A DNA stretch of 48,310 nucleotides, the filler included, from Sphacelaria rigidula (Eukaryota): the NCBI GenBank assembly GCA_964200075.2. It is 2 parts of 2 records of this genome, joined end to end, with 100 filler letters (N's around TTAATTAATTAA, not from the genome) between each part and the next. Parts side by side here need not be neighbours in the genome. Positions count along the whole stretch, not along the records: positions 24,208 to 48,310 come from CAXNAA020000226.1; 1 more part is not named here. One strand, given 5' to 3'. Position numbers and translations under genes: made by a program. The notes beneath the pieces are model-generated. The model was not told where the DNA came from and made no database searches. It saw nothing but the letters and a program-made list of their open reading frames with translations. This document shows, piece after piece, positions 24,208 to 36,560 of this stretch. Position 1 is the first letter of the stretch. Each line of letters starts with the position of its first letter.

Positions 24208-26599
24208 GACAGATATGCCACTTCAACCCCATATTTTGTATGAACCCCAAAATTTAAAATCGGCTGTTACTTGTGCCAAGTTTTCTCTGCTGGTAAGGCA
24301 TTTTTTCCCGCGCTTTCTTTTGCAGCGCATTGAGGAGGATCAGCGGTATATTACCGTTCAGGTTTGGGTGCCATTTGATACCTGTGGCGCGTGTTCTGGC
24401 CACCGAAAGTCGCTCAAACAGGCTCTTTCTCGGGAGGTGTCGATCCAATAATAGCCTTTTCAAGATCAGGGAAAACTTCAAAGAAGAAGCCGAACCACGA
24501 AATCCTGTTGAAGATTATGAAAAACTTCAAACAAGATTACTTTTGGCGGGGTGTTTTTCCCCCGTGTTTCTCTTTGTCGCGTTTTCGTTCATATGGGAGC
24601 ACGAACACACCGATTATGCCGCCAATGTCACGACAACATGAAGGCAAAGCAGTTGAAAACAGTTGAACATTGCCTCAGCCTTAGTCAGCAGCAGACACGA
24701 GACCGGGTAATGGACCGTTGGCGTGTTGAGCAAGGCACGGCAGCACGGCAGCACGGCAGCACAGGAATATTTTGCCGCGAAAAACAACCACCCTGTTCAA
24801 AAAGAAGGCCCGGTGATGTGGAAGCCACAGTGATGTACAAATAACGTGCCAAGAATGTTCCATGCATTCCGATTTTTCGGCAAGTGCCTCCCGCTGTCAT
24901 ATCTTTGTGGCACGAGAGCTACTTCGCACTCTGGCACTTCGGGAATACCACACATGTCCTACGCCGGCGGTTCCGCAGTCGACCTCCGTCCGAATTCCCA
25001 TATTTTCGAACGATATCCGATAACACATGCGATGTTTTGTACAACCACGATCACTGCTGTACTTTGAGATACAACGGCCTCTCTAAACCATATATGTTCG
25101 ACTTGCGTCACCCCCGGGAGACCCGTACCAATTTCCCGAAGGGGAACCTTGTATATATATAGTATATGATACTGATATGGTAATTTCAAGGGTTTCACTA
25201 GTCAGTTGTTGGTTGTGACTGCTGTTGAAGATACTGTTGAATGTGTACGGCGTCTTGATTATGCTCGTGGTCGTTGTTGGCGATGTGGTTCGAGGATAAA
25301 TCGTGAATCTTTGAGTGGTATGGTCATCAGGGTGTTGGGCAGGATTACTTATTATGGTTGGTGGATATGTGTTCGATCATTCGAGCAATGGCGCGTCAGG
25401 TTTTGAGCGAGGACTATGGACTCTTCGGTCGTCCTGTCCCTGAGTATGACAAAAACAAATACGAGATGTTCATCAGGGTTTTAGGTTCGTTCACCAGGAA
25501 CTTCTGTTGCAGCCTTTGGATGTTCCAGTCCCCACTGGGCCAGACATAGGTGTGAGTAGCTGTTCGGTCCGGCCGGTGTACTCTATCGTTTTGTTTCGCT
25601 CCCACCTGTTTTGTCATTTATCATTGAATATTTTCCCTTTACTGACCATTTTGGTACTGGCAGTGGAAAAGTATGGATTTCAAGCTGCTGTTTTTTGAAC
25701 GACACATGGTCGAGTATATACAGCTTTCACGTAAACCTATAGCCCGAGGCGTGTTTTTGAGACCCGTAAAAGAATGGCCCCCAGTGCCGCATGGGACCCA
25801 GTATATAGAAAATAGACAGGTGGTGCCGATTTTGTTTGTATAGACTTTAGGCCCGCAAGTGCTGCTTTTTTCTGTGTACACAAACTTGAACAAACTTGAT
25901 CCATTGCGTCCCTCACTGGACAAAACTAATCCGACCGCATTGAGGTGACATTCCGGTGCGCGCACGGCGTATGCTGGTGGATTTCTTCCATGGCCTTCCG
26001 CCGTGAAAATGGTTGTGGTCGGTCTTTCCTGTTCCCATCGTTTCTTCTTTGCCAGGGCTTGAAACAATGAGGCGTCTGGCCCGGGGATCGGGGGGGACGG
26101 TACCCAAAGAATTAGAGCCCATTTGTGACAAATAAAAGTGCACACTCGAAATCAAGGTCGCGTTCGATTGTGCTCCTGGAAAACGGAGGTTAGTCTGACC
26201 CAGCCTCGTGGGAACCTGTGTTACTATAACAGCGTCTTACCGCAGGGACGCCCGGAAGCTGGTAAAGAGTGCAAAAACTTTGGGATGACTTTCGACAACA
26301 TGTTTCTTCATTTGGAGCACTAATACCTACCGAAGCGTCAAGTTTGAGGGCGGTCGGAGCTTTTCTACGGTATACATACCTTATAAAGGTCAATGTGTGC
26401 TGGCAACGCTGACCCGCGTGAGGGAGAAAAAAGGCAGGAACTAGAGTAGGCTGAAGAGAGCATAGAGATAAAGAGTAGCCCACAAGTGATGGAGTAAGCA
26501 CCACGGGAAGTCGGCTATAGGACGAAACAGAAGGAGAAGGAGAGGAAAGCCAGCTCTGCGAGCAGGCAAAGCACAGGCCCGCATCAACCGCTGTGCTGT

Positions 26600-29500
26600 G
26601 AGGGCGGTGTCACGATCCAAGGCGCTGGTGGTTGCCATATAAAATGTACGCACCATGGCTGAGCGAGGAACCAACGGTGCAGACCACGCGGAGGATCTGT
26701 TGCTCTTTGCCTCCAAGTACGACTATGTTCTCATCGCCCTACAAAAGACCCGTTGTGGTGGAAGAATAACCTTCCGAGCGCCAACCGCTGGGTGTTCATT
26801 TGCTGCAGCGGTGGCGACATTGGAGACGGGGGTGAACCGCGAATGCTCGGTGTCGACCTTGCCGTTAAAGAGTCTATCGCCAGCGAGTAAGGACCAGAAT
26901 AAATCTTTCCCGAGAACATCAGTGCGAGGATACTGAAGGGGCAAATACATCTCAGATATAACATTGCCACCACGTTCATCGTGAGGTACGCTCATACTGA
27001 AATAGCAGCCACCTTGTCTGAGAAGGCCAGTTTCTGGAAGACACTCAATAGTTCTATCGCTGAAGTGCCTACCAACGAACGGCTGATAGTCATGATAGAT
27101 GCCAACGTTCCCACTGGAAAGAGAGGAGAAGGAGGAGGCCTGGGAGATGATCGACATGGGGGAATATGGCAGAGACACCCTCAATGACAACGGCTTGCAC
27201 CTGCTGACATGCACTGCAAAACATGAAACGGCCATCACCAACACATTGTACACCACGCCAACAAGCGGGAAACGCTCAGCCGCGTACACACATGAGGGGC
27301 CGAAGGGCAAACACCGCTGGCGCCTCGACTACATCCGTGTACGTCAGCAAGACTTGAGGCGCGTTCAAGCAGGTGAAGAACGCTTAACTGCAGACTACCT
27401 ACACGAGGTTAACGTCAGGACAGCAGAGTTGACCTGTGGGAAGGATCAAGCGGGGTTGTATGGACACATCAGGCCAGTGGAAAGGGAGTGGAAGAAGGGG
27501 TCAACTTACATCAGGAACGCGTCTGATGACCTGTTGCGGAACAATCTATCTTACAGCGGTGAAAAGAGTGCTTTGAGACGCTTTGAACGCAATGTTGCCT
27601 ACGCTAGATCCCTCCGTCATCGATTGAATTAAACCGATCCCGGAACACACGGCTGAGCCCTCGGAGAAGTGAAGGAAGCAGTGGGCAAGCTGCGAACGGC
27701 AAGAGCGGCTGGGCTGACGACCTGTGTGACGAACTGTTGAAGCCCGGTCTCACCGAGGGTTCTGCCGTACTGAAGCGCTTTCGCGACATCGTGCTCACAG
27801 TGTGGCGTCAGGAAGTATTGCAACAGCAACGGAAAAACGCTGTCATGAAGGTGCTGTTCAAGCGAAAAGGCCCGCACGAATGCGGCAGCTACCGCGTCAT
27901 TTCGCTAGAGGCCCACGCGGGCAAGATCGCTCTCGAGATAGCTGCGACTCGCCGCAGCGTCTGCGCGAGGGGAAGGGCAATTAAGCCGGAGATCAATGCG
28001 GTTTCCAACCCCGCCGGTCGACAGTCGACATGGTGTAAGTTGTGCGCAGACTCCAAGGACTGGTCAGAGAGAAGAATCTTCCGCTGCACGTGTGCTTTAT
28101 CGATCTCCTCCAGGCGTACGACGCAGTCGACCGCCCTCTTCTCTGGAAGGTGCTAGCACGATACGGCGTCCTCACGAAGATGATGCCCATCATCAGCGAG
28201 CTCCACGGCGGCATGAGGGCGTGCGTGCGCCTTGACAGCGGCGAGACTTCTGAGTGGGTTAACGGTAACCAGGGCCTCTGCGAAGGCTGTGTGATTGCCC
28301 CCAAAGTCTTGAGCGTCTTTTCCGCGGCGGTACTGGCGGTGATGTTCGACCGCTTCTTGATCAATACATGAAGCGGTGGTGAATGACTCCAGGCGCATCA
28401 CTGCAAGGGGAGGGAGGACCAGGGACGAGCTCAGCAAGGTGCTCACGGCCACGCTGTGCGCCGACGACGCGGGCATTGCTTCGCGATCTTGACTAAGCCT
28501 GGCAAAGATAATAGCTGCGATCGTCGAAGTCTGTGGGGCGTTTCGGTGCCGTCGTGACGGAAGAGAAGATGGTAACCATATACATGTGCTCCCCACGCAT
28601 GAAGGCGGACGTGATTGAGGTGAAGGCGGCTGGCCAAAGGTGCAAGCAAGTTGGGACTTCCGTCTATCTCGGTGGCACCGCCAGCAGCATCAGCGGTGTC
28701 ACTCGTGAGGTCAACCGCCGCACCGGCTAGACCTGGAAGCGCTTCGTCAAGCACAGCAAAGCGGTATACGACAACCCGTACATCGCTCCGGTCGAAAATT
28801 TTGTTTCTTGATGGCAAAAGTGATCGAGGTTATGCTATACGGCGGCGTGATCTAGACGCTCTCGGCCACTGATTTTGGCACGTTGCGGTGAGTCCACCGG
28901 GGGGTCCCGCTGAGGTGCCTCAACGAGCATGCCTCAACCTGCAGTGCTCCCGGCTACCACATGCTATCATACCGCGAGGTGCTCGAAAAGACTGACTACG
29001 ATTGCATCGAGGTAACCATGACGGGGCGAATCCTCCTACACGCCGGCCACGTCGCGCGCATGCATGACGCACGCTTCCCAACATCGTCATGCGTAGAGAA
29101 ATCGTCGGAGGGGAGAGGACGGTGGAGGGACCCGCGAATCGCCTTCAACACCGTGTCACTCAGTACTCCTGCGACTTCGGAATAGCCGCGACACTATTGA
29201 TGCGGATCGCTCAAGATGTTTCCGAGTGGTACAGGGTCGTAGAGCAAGGGGCCAAGATGTACATGGCGAGATGGACCACCACACAAGTGAACACGATCAA
29301 CGCGCGCTATAAAAATGAGCTTTTTGCTGTGTCACGGCTGGAGCTACGTCTGTGTTCGTTGGCGGTCGTCGAATCGTAACAAGTAGCCGACCGCGTAGTG
29401 TACTCGCTAGTGCGTCTGCCGTCTTTCTTGAAGCTTTGTTCTTGTTTGTCTCCGTGGGTAGCTGGGGATCTTGTTTGACCCCTATTTGTGTCCATATAGT

Positions 29501-29640
29501 ATCCTGGGGTGTGCTTCTTGCTGTTATACATCTTGCTATGTCTATTGAGTTCCATTACTTTTTTGGTTGACCCGATTTGTTTACTTCCACCACACCCGGA
29601 CCAAGTCGGGGGAGGATTGTACTCTCCTATTTTCTTGACG
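26600..29640 (+). mobile_element. Degenerate non-LTR retrotransposon (RTE-like LINE; APE endonuclease and RT) with many stops and frameshifts
   Basis: APE remnants: NVRTM, IALQKTR, MIDANVPTG, LNDNGLHLL, ITNT, RLDYI. RT remnants: SYRVISL, QCGF..RSTVD, CFIDLLQAYDAVDRPLLWKVL, GLCEGCVIAP, LCADDA (YADD site), VYLGG, then an RTE-type C-terminus and T-rich 3' UTR. Ends approximate. Confidence 0.9.
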
Positions 29641-29799
29641 TCTCCTTCTCACTGTGTTGAAGTATTTTGCTTCGGAGTCTCAGGAGAAGTCGCTCAATAA
29701 GCGTTCCCATCACATGTAAGGACTAGTAGTGACGGCTTCGGTACTAGAAAGGCGAGCCTACTTCTCTGATCCTGGCTTCGAGAGATCGGGTAAATGTGC

Positions 29800-29970
29800 G
29801 GGAATAATAATAGTCATGATAGCACTAACAATAAAAACGATGCTGGTGATACTGCTCATGATGATGATAATACTACTGATGATTAATGATGGCAATGATA
29901 ATGACGAGAAAAACCATAGTAACAACAACGACAATAACGATACTAATACAGTATAATAATTAATAATATA
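29800..29970. repeat. Degenerate trinucleotide (AAT/GAT/AAC) low-complexity tract
   Basis: ataataatagtcatgatagc...gatgatgataat...aataattaataat. Confidence 0.8.
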
Positions 29971-30657
29971 CTCCTAAGGATCCCTGGGTCTTTGGTGCAT
30001 ATCACCAGTGAGAATCTAACAACGCCAAATCCCCACAACCGGAATATCACGGTTTTCGGTGCAATCCGATCGCATCGTAACCTCTTTCAAATATGTTGTC
30101 CCCGTTTGATTCCCGAGCTCATGGCGGTTACTACGATTCGAAACATGTGGAGGTTGGGTATAAATTGTGTGAAGACTTCAAGGGGGCTGGTTGGTCGAGG
30201 CACACTTGCGCCCTTGGCGCTATCGCTGTTTCACCCTTCTCAGTTGTTAATCGCTGTCGGTATGAAGCCATGTATGCGAGTATTAGATAGATGTTGTTGA
30301 AGGAGTTCGCTTACGATTATATTTGGGGTGATAACCGTGAACCAGCTCGTGGTATTCTTGGACAAGCGACTGGTGGTCATGCGTGTACTGCACTGTGCGT
30401 GATACGCTCTTTCGTCTCTCTTTCCTTTGGCGAACTGTTGGCGTACTTTCCCTTCATTTCTAATCGACTAGCTCTGTATATACCGGTCGTGCCCTGTCTG
30501 ATCGATATTGGCTAACGAACACTGTAACGCCCGTGTGTCCATACAATCGATACTGTACACGGACGAGGCTACGACTGCAACACTGTAAGCTAACGAACAC
30601 TGACAAAAGCTTCTTGACATTTTCCTCGTTCGTCGTTCTCTGCCTGTGTTCTACCAG

Positions 30658-33600
30658 GTCACTGGAGAATATGATCTAGAAGTGATGCAGTGGCTGGAGC
30701 TGCCCAACATGGGTGAGGATACGTACTGGACATTTAGACATTCTCGTTGCAATCAAAGTGGACAGCACTCGTTAAACTAAACCATCATCCGTAGATCATG
30801 ACCGGGGTTGTATTTTCACACCTGTATCCACACCAACAGTAGATGCGACAAAATCATCCTCGCCACATTCATTCAGATGGGGTACAAAGAGAAGTTCAAC
30901 GCACCGTCGCCGGTACTATTCATGGCCAACGAGCGAGCACTGTTCTTTGTTCCACTGGTCTAGGGCGCGATTCGTGGATGTGCTTGTACTCTTGCTCAGT
31001 ACGTCAAGAATGAGGGTGACCAAATTCTACGAATGCTCCGAATGAAAACAGTAACGGCAAAAATGACCTAAAAAACTTGAAAAGTATCTCGACAATATCC
31101 CGCGTCATTCGTTCAAGAGTCGACAATGACTGTGCGATTCCACCACAACACGTACTTTTCATTCGAAGGGACGAAATGCGTGACAATCCTTCAACCCCTT
31201 TGTAACACGGGATCTTACAAATTGGGGATGGATCATTTATTGAGGATGAGAAACCCGGAGAATTAAAATGTTGGTATTCATACCAAAGCTTCGAATTATA
31301 GTTCCATTTCTTCACCTACTGATAGCTATTGACAAGTGCTAAACGCCATAGAAATTTGGATTTCGTTCACCGAAATGTTGGGATCCTAGGTCAAAAACCA
31401 ATTTCGGAACCATTTTGGCGAAAATAGAATAGAAATGGAACCATGTTTCGAAGATTTTGTGTGGACACGAATATTTGACTTCTCCGGGCTTTTCATCCCC
31501 AATTAAAGACCCATCCCCAATTTGAAAGATCCCGTGTTTCATGCGCCTCAACGTGGCAGGCATTCGACGGATCGAAAACCTGGATGCATGTACCAACATC
31601 AGGACGCTGACGCTGTGCTGCAACCAGGTATGTATGGCTTACAGACACTACTTTGGCCATGTCGGCGCAAATATTGTTGCTGCGCAAACTATCATGAGAA
31701 GATAATCATGCATCTGAAACCAAAAAACGACGCGGAACATCCAAACTTAACAGAATGCAACTCCAGTGGTATATCAATGGTTTTGAGCGTGTGATCTCTG
31801 CTGATCGGGGCTTGCGCTGACAGATCCAGCAAATTCGCGGGCTGGAGGGACTCGTGTCGCTGGAACGCTTGGACTTATCGTCGAACTGCATCGAGCGAAT
31901 CGGTGAAACTTGAGAAACATCTTCGATTACTTTTTCTCCGTAAACTTGGGGAGTGATTGGAGCCGCCGGGAGCAAATCCAGAACTCTCGTTCCTTCACTG
32001 TGCGCTTGTTCTAGAGGAGTCATGGTTCCCTGCCTAACTTTTCAACGGCAAGGTCATTCTGTGCTTTGCTGGTGTTGACTGTTGACTTTCTTTTTAATAC
32101 TTTTTTTCTGTTACGACTTAGTCTGCTATGTCGTTCTGTTCGATTTTTTTCTTCTTCTGCTCCTTCTTTTCTTCAGGGCGTGTTTCAGTTTCGTTTTCTT
32201 GGGCACAACTATCTTGAGACCACGGCTGGACCCCTGGGGGGTAAGTGCGACAATCAATCAATCAATCAATCAATCCAGGTTGCGCGATGGGAAAACGTCT
32301 CGATTTACCGACCTTTTTTCACTTCAAAATCCGCCTTTATAGAGACATCGTCGCAAGGAAAAGCGCCGGCAACTTTTTCTCCCCCCCTACCCCTTCCCTC
32401 CCTCCCGCTACGACTTTGATTAGCTGACTCGTAGCCACCGTCTACTTTTGCGCGGTTTCGTCTCAAAACGTTGAACCCTCGAACTCGCGCAGAGAATTTG
32501 GGTCATTTGACCAGCTTGCGGTGCCTGGATATCAAGGTACGTGGTGAAGTTTGCCGGGTCGTTTCGTATAACTAGTGATTTCAGATACTCGAGCGCATAT
32601 ATTTTCCTCTTCAACGTGCTCCAGTGCACATCGCTTCAAAGATATACTTGTACACCCCAACACCCAGTAGCACTACTTCAAGGGTAGCAACGAACATTGC
32701 CTCAACTCCCAGGCTACAATACTGACCATGCGCGTCGTCGACAAATGTTGTGAGTGATTGCAATTCTCCTCCTTATGCTCTGTTCGACTGATGCTTGCGC
32801 TTTATAGGGAAACCTGATATCAAGCGTGGACGACGTGACCACCCTTACGTCGGTACGTGCCCAGCCTGTAGACCTCCAACTTCCCTTATTGTGCCCCGAG
32901 AGGACACGTACGTGCACTAAACCTAACCTAGCTACTGCACATACGGGATGTCGTTTTGCACTCCCTTTCCCCCCAAACGGATTCGTGTGGCGTACACGGC
33001 CGTTTGCTGTATAGAGACGCTCGTAGTTTATACCTGTTCAGTATTTCTTCGAGTTTCAGGAGAGATTTTGTGCTGCTCCGCATGTAGTGATGCATGTTGA
33101 TGAAACGACGCTTACAAAGAAACGTCCTTGCTACTCGCAGTTGCGGGGCCTGCGGCGGTTATTTCTCCAGGGGTATCAGGGGGAAAAGATGAACCCAGGT
33201 GCGCATGACAAAGAGACAAGAAAACATTAGATGAAACTCGATCAAACGCCGCCTTCCGCTGCTCTGTATAGGGCAATCTTTCATCCTACCATATGGGCAC
33301 CATGTAGACCTTTCACTGACCACGAAATATCGTTACCGACCACGAAGTTTATATCACTTCGGGTTTATATGTGGGTACCCAGCGTGCCAGCATCCGTCGT
33401 ACCACACGGTCGTCACAAGATTTCTCCCTCGATTGGAAGTGCTGGATGGTGAAAGCTTGAACCTGCGAAAGGTGGGTACAGTTGCTCGGGAATACGACAA
33501 ACAACTAGAGGTGTTGAGACCGAGTTTAAAAGATAATATGCTGTTGAAAGTGCTTTCCATTCCTGACGCCGCCTCGCCTACATGCAGTGTATGGTGGACG

Positions 33601-34382
33601 CGATCTTGGAGAACACGAAGGCAGACGGCGATGCTCTGAAGTCTCCTGAGCGCAGGAGGTGGTGTGAAGGTGTGTAGCATATGAGTAGTTTTACACCATT
33701 CGCGTTATCAAACTCCTACCTCGACCTCGCGATATGTACCACAAGGGATCTGGACACTGGCATGAAAACAAGACGACCAAAACGGTGCATTTCACTACGC
33801 CATCCACCTCCACATTCACCGTATCACATCATATCACATCATATCACATCGTATCACACACTACAGCACTACAGCACTACAGACTGATTCAATCAAGACT
33901 ATGCAGGCGCACACCGTGCAAAGACGTACTAACAGAACAGAGCGGCATGAACCATTTCGGCACATAGGATTCGATTGGAAGCCGGAATCGACGGCGACGG
34001 AAGTTGACGAGGCCCTGCGTGGCGACACGGAAAGTCTTCGCGGTGAGTACTTTTCAGGTCTTTTCTCTAGTCTCGAGGTAATTTTGCTCTGAGTAGGTGT
34101 AGTCCAGCGCACTTTAAATGCTTCACAGTTTGTCTCGGGCTGAAATGACAACGTGTAGCGCAGGGTTTCTTCGTGTATTCGGCGTATTCAAGACAATATA
34201 AGACAGAAAAAAAGTTACGACACTGCTCTGTGCTCATCACGCGGAATGTTCTGGTCGATGACAACAGTTTTCGCTCGCGAAGATTAAATAATCTCTGCCT
34301 CCATCACTATGTCTTAACAGACTTGTTGAAAGGTTGCGCGATGCTGAACCGGCAAGCCGTGGCCGTTCTACGTGAGGTGTAG
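30658..34382 (+). CDS. LRRC61-like (SDS22/U2A'-type) leucine-rich repeat protein, spliced, start exon not located
   Basis: Exons 30658-30712, 31560-31627, 31824-31902, 32493-32536, 32808-32852, 33141-33198, 33383-33471, 33588-33669, 33968-34042, 34321-34382 join in frame (657 nt, all GT-AG): VTGEYDLEVMQWLELPNMGIRRIENLDACTNIRTLTLCCNQIQQIRGLEGLVSLERLDLSSNCIERIENLGHLTSLRCLDIKGNLISSVDDVTTLTSLRGLRRLFLQ...NPACQHPSYHTVVTRFLPRLEVLDGE (LRRcap)...DLLKGCAMLNRQAVAVLREV*. TGEYDLE, the LRRcap and the C-terminal helix resemble LRRC61 as I recall it; not searched. Confidence 0.82.
31204..31538. mobile_element. MITE/foldback element with ~105-bp imperfect TIRs in an LRRC61-like intron
   Basis: aacacgggatcttacaaattggggatgg...gttccatttct (31204-31311) pairs with agaaatggaac...ccatccccaatttgaaagatcccgtgtt (31431-31538). 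Confidence 0.75.
32210..32275 (+). repeat. Retroposon-like 3' end with (CAAT)n tail; related copy at ~39873-39961
   Basis: atcttg(a/t)gaccacggctgga followed by caatcaat repeats at both places. Confidence 0.55.
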
Positions 34383-35268
34383 GCCGGAGATTCTACAGTA
34401 AACACCAGTCGGCCACAACGTGAATGCATCCGAGATGGTCACTTTGAGCCTTCGCGGGTGCAGCGCCAGGAGAGCGGGTGACCGCCTTGAAAACGACTCA
34501 CCATGGCGGCTACCCAAGGCCTGGCGAGATGACAAGATGAGTCGTTAGTGACAGGAAAATCGTAAGACCAGTCTAGGTCATTTTTATGGATCGCGGCGCT
34601 CGTAGGGGGGTGGTCATTACGGTGCTGTGTGAGGCTATCCTACTAGCTTACGTCGAGGGCTCAACGAGGCGCCGGCAGGCGCATCGTTTAGGAGCGTTGA
34701 AGGTGGATTGAACGTTTCACGGTGGCTTCAAAATACACTTTTTATATCACCAGCTGGATTCGATTCTGCCGCTTGATGGAGCTTGGGACAATTCAGGTTT
34801 ATCATAGCGTCTGATCAGCACCGTCCTGAGAGCGAAAGATAAGTGATCGATCCTAGAACGCTGTGAAAGTCATTGACGAACCGTTGAAACCAGCCAAGGC
34901 TCGGACGAATCATGACTTGTTCGAATCACCAGTTCTACGATTTCTGAGGCGTGTTTTGCTCGAATGGAGATAAAAACGTTGATCGCGGGTCGACAACGTC
35001 TCTGCGCAGATTTTGCGCTGTTTTACGTGCCTGGGGTGCAATGCTGAAAACAAAGCCCAAGGATTGATTCATACCGTATGAATCAATCACACTAAAAACA
35101 AGCACTTTTGAGACGAAGTTAATATTATTCGTCCGACCCTTGACGCCAAGCGTGTGTGTCCTGTGTGTAGTTGTATGTCAACACCATCTGCATTGGAACG
35201 AGCTGAGTGTCTGGTCTGGTGCGAGGCTACGATCGGAGCTCTGACATATGTTGACCGGCTGCTTTTTA

Positions 35269-35860
35269 TGGCAAACAAAAATGAAATCTGAAAAACTGTT
35301 GTTTTGGTCCTTCTGCATCATTTATGCCCTGAAAGCGGGCTAGGTGGATGTTGATACCTTAAAATGACCTGTTACACTCGTTGAGACGGTTCCAGGATAC
35401 CTTTGCGTTTTCCGGTGGCCGCAGTTGTTTTTTGGCCAGATTCTCATTTTCTCGCACAATCTGTCCGGCCCAGAAAAAAGTCGCAAAGGTGTCCTGGAAA
35501 CGTCTGTGGCGATTTATAGGCAATCGATGAGACTACAGTACAGTCAGCGCTGACTGGTCGATACCGTGAGCGCGAACAGTTGAACAGCGCTGGCAAGGGG
35601 AGTCACCCTCCTCGGGGTGAAAGTGATGGGGATCGAACCCCCACGACTAACTTTTGTGACGATTTATAGGCAACCGATTAGACTACCGTACAGTCAGCGC
35701 TGCTGTACGGTAGTCTAATCGGTTGCCTATAAATCGTCACACATCTCAACGAGTATCATAGGGCATTCGAAGGTGTCAACACCCGCCCGGCCCTCTTTTC
35801 GGGCGTGAAACGACGCAGAAGGACCAAAAAGGCACTTTTCCAGAATATTTTTGCATGCCA
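35269..35860. mobile_element. Foldback MITE flanked by TA, interrupted by a younger insertion at 35505-35741
   Basis: TA|TGGCA...ttttggtccttctgc...actcgttgagacggttccaggatacctttgcg pairs with cgcaaaggtgtcctggaa[insert]tctcaacgagt...gcagaaggaccaaaa...TGCCA|TA. Confidence 0.7.
35505..35741. mobile_element. Non-autonomous TGT...ACA element with tRNA-promoter-like terminal repeat and 87-bp terminal hairpin; 4-bp TSD CGTC/CATC
   Basis: Three copies of the tgtgacgatttataggcaa(t/c)cgattagactaccgtacag unit: direct at 35505 and 35655, inverted at 35703-35741. B-box complement ggggatcgaacccc internally. Confidence 0.75.
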
Positions 35861-36560
35861 TAGGAAGTGGCCTCACCAGCCGTTAGACGGTTTATATCGC
35901 ATTAGAATGGTGCAGGGGGGGCAAATACATTTCCCTTTGTATGATATGCCAGAATATGGCCGAGACCGTCAGAGTTTGAGGTATGCTGCTAATGTTGACT
36001 TCGCTCGGTTTACAATGATTGCACCCTTGACTAACAGCTCTTGGCAGACGTGATATTAATACTTCACGGAATTGCCGTAGCCATGTATTACAGCGTATAA
36101 AACAATTCATGGATGAAATTTGTTTTATTCTTGTGTCTGGTAGAATGGGGTTTGTAGCAGTCTGACAATCGTTGCGGCATTTTTAAGTCGATTTTGACCC
36201 CGTCGGACTCGGAGATGATCGACAGTAAGCCGGTTTAACACTTGGGTAGAGACCCCTGGTGTGAGCCTGCTCAGTGTTTGTCAAACACAATAGTTTAGTC
36301 ACTCCGTCAAGTGCTGCTGGGTGTTTCAGCTACCTGGAGACAAGGGAACATGTGCTCACTTGAGATAGCTGATACTGCTACAGTCACATACAACGACACG
36401 TCCACTCCACTCAGCAAAACCAGCAAAATAGAGTAATCAACAAAGAATCCATGACCTAGTGTGGAGCTATTATAACAGTTATCACACGCACAAATGCACA
36501 AAGCGTGTGCACGGGTCGCCACGCAACATTAGCATCTATCGTCGCTGTCGCCTGGGAAAA

